Assembly: GCA_002245135.1 (NCBI GenBank)
Contig: NGBS01000031.1
Span: 1 to 64,000, forward strand
Source: Proteromonas lacertae
Taxonomy: Eukaryota
Length of the DNA stretch: 64,000 nt
Reading direction: 5' to 3'
Shown: in pieces, positions 54,601 through 64,000 of the stretch
Position numbering within the stretch: position 1 is the first letter of the stretch
Layout of the letters: every line of letters starts with the position of its first letter
Program-made: the position numbers and the translations under genes
The notes under the pieces: generated by a model
The model's input: only the letters and a program-made list of their open reading frames with translations
The model's database searches: none
What the model was told of the DNA's origin: nothing

Positions 54601-55679
54601 TTCATCACTTGATAATGTTGATAATAAATGACCAATAGAAAAGAGTGACTTATTAATTGATTGAGTTTCTTTCTGTCTTTCTCCTTCTACACCAGATTGT
54701 TCCATATTTTCACTTCCAGCTAAATCAATAATTGCTAATTTCCCACTATCAAATGATGATTCACTTGTATGGTGATTTATTTTGATTATTAGTATTGCAT
54801 GTGATCTAGAACTTTCTGTATTTAAATTGGTTGCAGCTGTTGCTCTAAATGTATTTCCATAACTTATTAAACGAATTGCATCTGCTATAGAATTGATCTT
54901 AAACTCTATTTCACTCTCTGATTCATAACTTATTCCTGAACTATTATCATGAATGAATACTTTTTCTAGTTTCTTATTTTGATCTTTCTTTGAGTTTTGT
55001 GGGAATGTAAATGATTGAGATGAAGTTGTGGAAGAGATTGAAGATGAACGAGTACGATCAAATAAAGGAACAGATGATGGATTTTGTGATAATGGATAAT
55101 TACTATATCTATCAGTGTAACTTGTAAGTAAATTATATAATTCGTCATTGTATAGTTGAAAATAACTCATAAACAACTCATAACTTTCATCAATACTGCT
55201 GAATATTGTTTCTAATGATCTTGGTATTATACCTCTACTATTTGAAGAGAAATTTGTGTTAATTGTTTTGATATAATCTGGAGGTCCCATTACTGTATGT
55301 GTTTTTCCAGAGCCAGTCACTCCATAGGCGAATATTGTACTGTTGAATCCTTGTAATGTTGAAAGTACATACGGTTGTATGAATCTATATACATCCTGTT
55401 GTTCTGCACTTTCAGAAAAGACTTTGTCGTATGTGTAATTTCGTTTCAGCTGGTGATTATCAACAATTCTATTATATTTTGTAATAATTGTTTATATACA
55501 GTAAATTCTTATTATTTTTAGTATCAATGTCTTCAATAGTTAATGACTTATCTCCTACTACTGATAAACATTTTTTAGCTTCTTCATATGCGTTTCTCTC
55601 TAATTATATAACCTCCAAATAATATACCTTTTCGAACTCGAACCACTACATGTATTGGCTCTTTTGATGATGGTTTCAT
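30699..55679 (-). CDS. Giant N-terminal-motor kinesin with ~7,900-aa mostly coiled-coil tail (~8,280 aa)
   Basis: Motor motifs IHVVVRVR, YTYDKVF, GFNSTIFAYGVTGSGKTHT (P-loop), NTESSRSHAI (switch I), DLAGSE (switch II), INKSL, [23 protein letters not shown]. Introns 55600-55627, 55469-55499, 54548-54594, 54269-54298; the last joins the motor in frame (QMLQ|NLKKENKSQ) to ORF 42503..54265. A one-base deficit near 42525 separates this from ORF 30699..42497. Confidence 0.82.
41505..43235 (-). repeat. Recent internal duplications within the kinesin tail
   Basis: About 260 bp at 41510-41771 is near-identical to 42970-43231 (ETEINDLKTKLNEL...ICRDSELAEVNDELQLRLDEISKEVKELEEEKE). About 105 bp at ~41867-41973 is near-identical to ~42338-42445 (KYSDSLSTIQKLNNENSQLMIEINELKKNIPLINKLE). 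Confidence 0.9.
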
Positions 55680-55905
55680 TTATAATTTAATTAAACTCTA
55701 GTTAAAAAATAGAAAAATAATTATTATAACAGCTATATTTTTATAAAACGAATATAATTCTTATAATCTCAAAAATTAAAACGAATATATTTTTCATTGA
55801 CAGTTATTCCTTGTTCTTCCTTAAATATCCTATCTAATCTTAGTTTATAACCATATTTAGAGTAAGTATACATTAAATATTTAATAAGTGGTCTATTTAA
55901 TTTAG

Positions 55906-58784
55906 ATGTCAAGTATTAAAGGAGTTCTTGATAAAGAAGGAGTTAATGCTAAAAATATATACAGTTATTATGTAACTACATCCTATTCAGCAGTTGTAAA
56001 GTCTAATATTGGATCAAATAATACAAATGATTTAAATCACAATACTCAAACTGAGAGTCAATCAAAACCAAAAAATATTACTACTAAAAGTGATACTGCT
56101 TCAAAACCCCTGAAAACACCAACTAAACATACCAAATCAAGATCATCAATTAGTAGTTCTGTATATTGTTTACTATAATTGAATAGCCATCTGTAGAATA
56201 TAGTGGTGTAGATCGTCTATGGTTCTATACATTCAGACAAACCAATAAAGCCATAGATGAGTTATATTACTTATGTGAACATGAAAGTAATATTATGCAA
56301 TGTCAGCAAGCTAAAATGGTACTTACTAGTGCTGTTAATGACTTTGAAAAACTAATAGAGAGTTTAAAAACACAAATTACTCAAGAATCAACACAAGGTA
56401 AAAGTTGTGTAGCATGGGAAATACCAAAAAGAATTCCTTCTATTCAACCATCAGAAATCCCCTATTTAAGTGAAAAAGAAGGTGAACCAATATCAATTGA
56501 GTATAATATATTCATTTATTATATATTATTTATTAGCATGGATATAAATGCAAGAGAAAGTTCAACTAGTGGATTTTCTCCAAAAAGATATTCATTCACT
56601 GGCTCGTTATCTTCACCAGGAAATTCAATACAAAAGAAATTTGAGAATAGAAAATTTACATCTCCATCCAACTCATTTGAAAAACAGTTGGAAAAACAAA
56701 AAACAGCTGAAAAGAATAGAGAAGCATTAGAAAATCAAAGAAGTGAAAAATTGAAAATCACTGATCAAAAGATTGATGAAATTAATCTTAAAAGAGTATT
56801 TAATAATTATATATAATAAATAATAATAGAATAAACAAAATCAAGAGAAAATTATGAAATATCAAAACAAAATTGAAAGTGCTGGTAATAGAAGAGATCA
56901 AAATATAGAATCTATTAGAGAGAAAGCAAGAAAAGAGAATTCAAAAATACCTGAAAGTGGAGAATTAGAGTTTTTAGATCAACAAAATAATTCTATTAAG
57001 AAAGCGACAATCATCAATAAATTAGAAGAAAGTGAAGAAAGAAGGAAGAAAATATTAAATGAGAAAGTAAATAGAGCAAAATTAGTTGGTGAAAAAGAGT
57101 ATTATATATATTATTTTTGAATAATTCTTTTTATATAGTGAATCAACATCTCCTCATTCTCGTAAACAATATTCTACAGTATAATAATCATATTTTAATA
57201 TATATATAGCTTATTATTCCTAAGATGATATGTATTGATGCTAATAACATAACAAAACTACAACAAGAAGTGAAGAAATTAAAATCCAAATCAAAAAGAA
57301 TAAAGAAAACAATTATTTCAAAGGATGTTAAATGGGAAGAAGAGAATGAAGCTGAAAATCAAAAGTTTAAATATAATACACTTGCAATAGAAATAGAAAA
57401 ATTATATACACAAAATCCATTAGATTGTCAAATAACCAAACTTGAAACAGTATTAAAGATAATAGTAAAAACTATTCAAATTGATCCAGCAATATTTTTA
57501 TCAATCAGAAACTGTAATATAATCGAAAAACTACTCAAATTCATAAGTCAAATCTATTTAGAAAAGAATCTGAATCTATCTTATTCAGTGATAAAAATAT
57601 TAAGTAAAATATTAACAAATGATGTGAAAACATGTGAATATATTGTTAGTAATGATATTTTCATAACATTTTTAAATCTGACAATGTGGGGAATATCCAC
57701 ATCAATTGATGATTTAGATGTATTATGTTATATAATAATGATATTAAGAACACTTTATAAAGTAGATATTACTAATAATAATCTTATAAAAGAAAGACTA
57801 TTACTTGGAATTGAATATTTATGCAGTTGTGGATTTATGAGATATTTGTCAAGCCGATTTGAAGTATGGAGAGAATGTTTACCTATCACAATGGATTATG
57901 CATGTTTATTACAAAATTGTATTGGATTATTAGAGATATGGACTCAATTATCGTACATATATTATTTATTATTTATTATTAGAATACCAAAAGAATTCAA
58001 ATTAGATAATAAAAGTAGTCAAATCACATTATTCAATGAATTAAGAGAAACAAATATAAGTAACTTAATGTCATTAATGCTATCATGGATTATGAAAGCT
58101 GCACCACCTCCTACTAATAAAAGTATTATTCATACATTGCCTGAGAATGTAATTATTGTAACAACTACTGGATTGAAAGTATTGAATAATATTGCTATTC
58201 AAGAAATATCATTATTTCAAGTATATAATATCATAATATTTTATTTATTTAATTAATATAGAATGAAGTTGGATCTACAGGTATGTCAGTGGAATACCAA
58301 CACTCTATTAGGTTTTTAATGACTCATTTGTTAGAGTTATGGAAAACTGAAAAGATAGATAAAGACAGTGAGAATTTATTTGCTTTATTGTTAATCAATC
58401 AAGGATATATGATGGTAGGTAATCCATTAACTCAACAGATGTTTAATTGGGGTTTACCTCCAACTATTGCACAACAAATGTGTCAAATACCAATTAAGTA
58501 TTTCATTGATAATAGATACAAAAGCAGTTTATTCCCTACTTTCTTATCGTTGATTTATAAGAATGAAAGCAATAATATTGTGTTATTTGAGCAATTTGAT
58601 CCAAAATTCTTAATAGATTATTTAGAAGAATTGAAAAGTAATCCAAATTTCGAAAAGAGTATTTTTTTTATGTATTATATTATATATTTAAATAGATATA
58701 CCTGAATGGATGTATTGTGAAAATAGATTTCCAAGAGAATGGTGGGATGATGCAATACATCAACTTAAGAATTATACAGAATGA
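55906..58784 (+). CDS. SCAPER: SCAPER-like (S phase cyclin A-associated protein in the ER), ~867 aa
   Basis: Nine exons (introns 56161-56186, 56501-56536, 56796-56829, 57099-57138, 57179-57209, 57953-57982, 58221-58261, 58659-58695); spliced length is in frame. SCAPER N-domain-like RLWFYTFRQTNKAIDELYYLCEHESNIMQCQQAKMVL and SCVAWEI; C-terminal CQIPIKYFIDNRYKSSLFPT and RFPREWWDDA. Possible 5'-UTR intron 55862-55905 (GTAAGT..TTAG). Confidence 0.82.
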
Positions 58785-58915
58785 GATTTAATATATAAGA
58801 ATAACATCTATTTTTATGTGTACTGTTGATAAAATCAATAAAATAAAACAAATATAAATGGATAAGAGAATTTTTAAGAAATATATCATCACAATCTATT
58901 TTTAAATTATTTCAA

Positions 58916-59762
58916 CTATTCTATTTTCTTTAATTCTTCAACTTTGCTTGCAGCTGGGAATAAGTACTTCTTGATATAAAAAGATCCAAACAAACAAATC
59001 ATAGTAATCATATATAAAGTGATTCCTATGTTTATCCAGATAGGAGTACCACATCCTTGTAAATACCCTAACACAGCTTGTACAGCAATAATCACAAACT
59101 GTAAAATCTGTAATCCAGTTAAATATCTAGCCCATTTGCCTTTAATACCCATTGATGTTAATAAGTAATGAGTGTACATTAACACGTGAATGAATGAGTT
59201 CAAAAACATAGCTAATGAAGTATCACCAAATAATTCATATGTTGAGAAGGTTAATGTAATAAAGGTAATTGAGGAATGATGGTAAATATGTAAAAATGTT
59301 AACTGACGATAATTCTTTCTCAATATAAAGAAGAAAGTATCCATAAACTCAAAATACTTCTGTACATAGAATACATAATGAACTAACAGCATTGGCTTAA
59401 CGGCTGGATCTGTAAAATCAACTTCATTACAAACAAATCTCACTGGCCTTGTTATTGAATAATGTATTGTACCATAAACACAATAGGAAGCCAAGCATAT
59501 GCAAATAACATTATAAACAGCCATAATTGGTCTTAGATGAGTAAATGCTTCTCTTTTCTTCATATACTGAAGAAGTGCTAGAATTCCTAAGAAATACAGC
59601 ATGTTTAAGTATAGACAAGAATTGTAATCATACAATGGGTATGACGGTTGGATACCTTCTATAGTACATATAGATAAAATAGAATTCTATACGCTCAACT
59701 CTCTGATGCAATAAATCATTAGATTCAGCTAAACTTGAACGAAATTGATCGAGTAATCCCAT
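58916..59762 (-). CDS. ELO/GNS1/SUR4 family fatty-acid elongase, ~270 aa
   Basis: One intron 59659-59692. Motifs KYFEFMDTFFFILRK, QLTFLHIYHH, NSFIHVLMYTHY, TGLQILQF; C-terminal KKIE dilysine ER-retrieval-like signal. Confidence 0.95.
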
Positions 59763-60093
59763 TTCAAATACACTTCTTCAGAAGAAGATCGTGTTGAGTA
59801 ATAGAATAATTTGTGATGTAATACAAGCTTGCTTGACAAAAAGTTGTAATGTTTTTGTTTTTGTTTATTCATTGTAAATATGAATATGTGAATGTATGTG
59901 AGATAGAAATGAATATAAACTCTTATAATTTTTGTAAATATATTTACATTGCATGGAATCTCATAATTATCTTTCTTTTAATTACACAAAACTCTATTGA
60001 ATCAGCCATACTTTTATAATTTCTATCTGAAATAGCAAAATTCTACTTACATTCATACTAAAATCAACATTTTTTAATCTCAAAAATTGAATA

Positions 60094-60631
60094 ATGGCAA
60101 AAGCTGGTAGAGCAAAGTTCAAGAATGCTCCAAAACTATCTAAATGTATTATTTGTCATGCTTATGATGTGTAGCTACAAAAGAACCTTCTAAAGTAGCA
60201 GATGTACCACTATCAAGGTATATTGTATTGATTTACTGTTTTAAGAGGTCAGAAAAAACGAAAAGAGAAATTGATGAAAGAAGAAAGGAAGAAACAATTA
60301 ATTCAATCAATAAAAAGAGATATTACTGAAAAAGGGTATGTGAGGTAATGCATTATTCTTAAATAGATTAATAAATAAAAATAGTAAAGCAGAAAAACAA
60401 GTGTTAGATTCAAAACCTAAGATTAACTCATTAGCAAATTCAACAACGAAAGTATTATTTATTTATATATATTGAGTATAGAAATCGCATAGAAAGGGAA
60501 TAACTAAGCATACTAACAAAAATAAGATAGTAATGGAAGGAATGAAGCAAATGAACTCATTATTGAATACTACAAACTCAGATGATATTTTTTCAACAAT
60601 TTTGAATAATATAGAACAATCAACAAAATAG
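60094..60631 (+). CDS. Small Lys/Arg-rich protein, ~139 aa, possibly SLX9/FAM207-like ribosome biogenesis factor
   Basis: Absent from the ORF track. Four GTAT..AG introns (60146-60174, 60218-60245, 60336-60366, 60452-60481) give a 420-nt stop-free frame MAKAGRAKFKNAPKLSKSTKEP...LSRGQKKRKEKLMKEERKKQLI...MKQMNSLLN...IFSTILNNIEQSTK*. The family guess comes only from size and layout. Confidence 0.75.
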
Positions 60632-60748
60632 TTTTTTTAATATTTACTCTTTTAAGTTTGTTATTTGTCATATCTTTCTTTTTCTATAATTATTTTTTAA
60701 TATTCAAGGTTATACAAAAAAATAGATAATTTATCACAACATTATAAT

Positions 60749-61650
60749 TTATGACTTCTTTTCCTCCTGTTGAGGAAGAGATTGTTCAAGATTTGACAGT
60801 GCTCTTTTCGCTTGTTGCATTACTTTTTCATTCGTACTACTCAATAACGATTTAAGTGTTTCAACACCACCAAGGGATATTATTTTTTTCTGATTCTCTT
60901 TATTTACTGATAAATTTCTCAAAGCTCGAGCAGCTTGAGATTGTAAATCTAAATTTGGTTTCTTGGAAGCATCAATTATTGGTTCTATTCCTCCTAATTT
61001 ACCTATTTCTACTTCATTAACATCATTCACAGCTAGATTTGCTAAAGCAGCTATTGCTTCAATTTCTACACCTACATTTTCTGATTTAGCAGCTGCTATT
61101 AATGGTGGTAAACCACCTGCTTTAGTTATTAATTCTTTATTGTCATCTAAACAAATAGAACTTAAAAAAAATAAAAAATACTGTTAACACCTAAATTTGC
61201 AAGTGCTTTTGCAGCTTGTCTTTGAACTTGATCACTTGGTGAATTCAAAAGGGTTATAATCATTTCAATTCCACCATTTTGAGCCATTACAATTTGGTTG
61301 GTTATATTCACAGATAAATTTGCTAAAGCATGTGCAGCTAGTCTTTGTACCTCAATATCAGAGCTTTTTGTCAGTGGTAATAATAATTTCAACCCACCTA
61401 GTTCTACTATTTGAACTTGTCTTTGTGCTATTTGAATTAAAATCTACATGAATACGTTGTATAGCCTCATTTGCTAGTCTTTCTGCAACTTCTCTCTGCA
61501 ATTCAGTATCTGCTGATTGTGCATATACTATAAGTCTTTGCAAATTTATTCTAACTGACTCACAAAACGAATCATCTACAAAATGTGAAGTAAATCTATA
61601 CCTGATCCCTCAGATAAGATATCTGATTCTTTTGATTCACTACTTCCCAT
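60749..61650 (-). CDS. Short Vac8-like armadillo repeat protein, ~270 aa, N-myristoylation motif
   Basis: Introns 61576-61601, 61428-61455, 61147-61181; spliced length 813 nt. Begins MGSSES. ARM repeats such as GGLKLLLPLTKSSDIEVQRLAAHALANLSVN, QVQRQAAKALANLGVN, DLQSQAARALRNLSVNKENQKKIISLGGV. Confidence 0.88.
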
Positions 61651-61736
61651 GAAAATAAATAAAAAAGAGAATCGGTTTTGATTTAGTAAAAATTACTTGA
61701 ATTGACATGTCAAAAACAAAAATAAAAAATGTAAAA

Positions 61737-62645
61737 TTATTGGCTTTTAACACTATTTACACTCTTTCTATTAATAACAGATTGTCTCATCAATGCTGCA
61801 GCTTTCTGTCTTTCCATTCTATCAATTACTCTAAATTGTGAAGTTCTCTTCGAAGTTCTTACACTCTTTGATTTTCTGCTTTGTGAAAAAGATCTTTCAA
61901 AAATACTATTATCTAATGTTATTTCTAGTGGTAGTTTTGTTTCTAATTTCTTCTTCTTCTTTACCACTTCCTTATATAGTATCTTTCCTGCAGTTTCTCT
62001 GTTAGATTGAGGAGGCCTTAAGTATGGTGGTAATAGATATTTAGTAACTGATCCTTTTGTTGTATCAACTGGATATTCTATTGGACAACCCTGGAAAATC
62101 AAATCTAATATTTTCATAGTCTAAAAATCAATATATAAATAAAACAAATATACTAAATGTGGAATTGGATTATCTTTCATATTAATCTTGATTGAATATT
62201 TGGGTAAAATATGATAAACATTAATAATTGCTCTTCCTCCCACTCTACCTATCATATTTCCCGTTAAATTAATAATCTGCAATGAAGTGTTCCTTAGTAT
62301 ACCATTACAAAATGGTATTACTCCTTTTGAAGTGATTCTATTAGAACTTAGATCAATCTCTGTTAAGAATGGGCAAAATGGAATTATTTTACTCAATTTT
62401 CTTACTCCTTTATCACCAATTTCATTTCCACTAAATCCAATGCAAGTCAATCTTTGATATGTCTTTAAGGATGGAACAAATTTAATAAAACCTAAATCAG
62501 TAATTCTACATCTATTCAATATTATCATCTGCATTTTAGCAAATCTTGTAACTAGATAATCTGAGAGATAATGTTCAACCAATTTCAAACTTGCATCTCC
62601 TAATGGATTATCTTCAATTAACAAAGTCTAATTGAGTATTATTAA

Positions 62646-62676
<31 letters not shown>

Positions 62677-64000
62677 ACTTGTGGAGTATAAGTATAACAT
62701 CTCAAAGTCTCGATTAAATTATTCATTCCAATTTCATTTATCATATTCTTTGCAAATGCTATTGCTTCAACTGTAAAACACGATTTCAATCCTTGTGATA
62801 ATCTTCTAATACCTTTATCATCTATTGTTCCTTCACCAATTGCTAATGTGTGTAAGAATTCACTATGTGGTAATAAATCTGTTATAATTGAAGCCTATAT
62901 ATTGATGATAAACTAATATTTTATACATCATTATTTGTTATTGTAACTCCATCAATTAAGACATTATTTCTTTCAAAACCTGTAAGATTCTCCCACCATC
63001 TTGCTTCAGGTTGACTATTATAATAAATAAATAAAATGAAAAAATATACTCTAAAGGCTTCCAATTGGTTGTTTTTAAATCATAAGCAACCATTTTGAAT
63101 GATCTAATTGGTAATAATGGTTTATAATGTCCTGTTCTCATTTGTTGTGCATTTGCATAACTGAATAATTGATCAACTTTAAATCTTTCATTAAATCCTC
63201 TCCATCTAAATCAAAATAAATATATATTCAAATATAAGAAAAATACAATTTCTGAAATGATGTTGCAGCATTTTGAATACTTTCATACTCAGCTTTTTCT
63301 AATGATCTTAAATACTCTACAAGCTTCTTTGCATTATGCCTTCTTACAATGGATTGTATTTTTATTGCCGCTTTTGTATATTCTAAATATAATTTATAGT
63401 TCTTTCTGGTATGATAACCTCTATATTTTGTTTGTATTACTAAAGCTGCATGATATAATTTCTTTCTTAACTTTCTTCTTTCTATCATTTGAGTTTTCAC
63501 TTGTTTTCTAACTCTATATCCTCTCCATCTATACACATAATAATACTAATAATAATAAATTCATACACTCTTTGAATGGTAGAACATGCCAACATCTGTC
63601 TTTTTGCTCTTTTAATTGATTTGAATATCTTTTGAGCTTGTCCAAAGGCTGATAAACTTAGTCTTGTTTTATAACCTCTGTATACTCTTTGTATATTTGT
63701 AGCAGCTGCTATTTGTCTTCTCTTATTCTCAATTGCTGCCATTGCTGCTTTATAACTATTTAATAAATATATATGTGATTTATGTTTATATATACTTTTT
63801 ATCTCTTTCTCTTTCTTCTAATCTTTTTAGTTTTGATGTTGATGGTTTTGCTCTAATATATAATTATAATATAAACTAAAATAAAATATACAATCTTGAT
63901 TTTCTTGGTTCAAGAGATGTAGAAGTATTAGAAAGTTTTGAATTTCTTGCCATTGTACTCTTTCTATGTTTCATTGGTGAAAACTGTGATATAATTGAGA
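61737..64000 (-). CDS. IQ-motif and RI-like leucine-rich repeat protein (5' end may lie outside window)
   Basis: Eight short introns join the ORFs in frame. Five IQ motifs (IQRVYRGYKTR, IQRVWRGYRVR, IQTKYRGYHTR, IQSIVRRHNAK, FQKLWRGFNER), then LRRs (FSGNEIGDKGVRKL, IDLSSNRITSKGV, INLTGNMIGRVG) and a basic tail. Confidence 0.85.

Overview
Very AT-rich, gene-dense eukaryotic nuclear DNA read with the standard genetic code. I can place about 45 tiny GT-AG introns (26-54 nt, nearly all starting GTAT). Tiny introns, short intergenic spacers and TGTTTGTT-like elements after stop codons suggest a Blastocystis-like stramenopile (inference). After splicing there are nine genes: (1) a 5'-truncated TPR/coiled-coil giant (>5,300 aa) built on a 1,320-bp near-perfect tandem coding array; (2) a plant-type P5C dehydrogenase (ALDH12); (3) a ~3,850-aa class C GPCR with nine tandem UrtA/AmiC-like periplasmic-binding (Venus flytrap) domains; (4) a ~8,280-aa N-terminal-motor kinesin; (5) SCAPER; (6) a fatty-acid elongase; (7) a small basic protein missed by the ORF track; (8) a short Vac8-like armadillo protein; (9) a 5'-truncated IQ+LRR protein. 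The most striking items are the nine-domain GPCR and the giant kinesin. Three +1 frame breaks in unique sequence align gap-free with paralogous repeats when one base is skipped; these are assembly errors or recoding. All family assignments are by eye, with no database searches.
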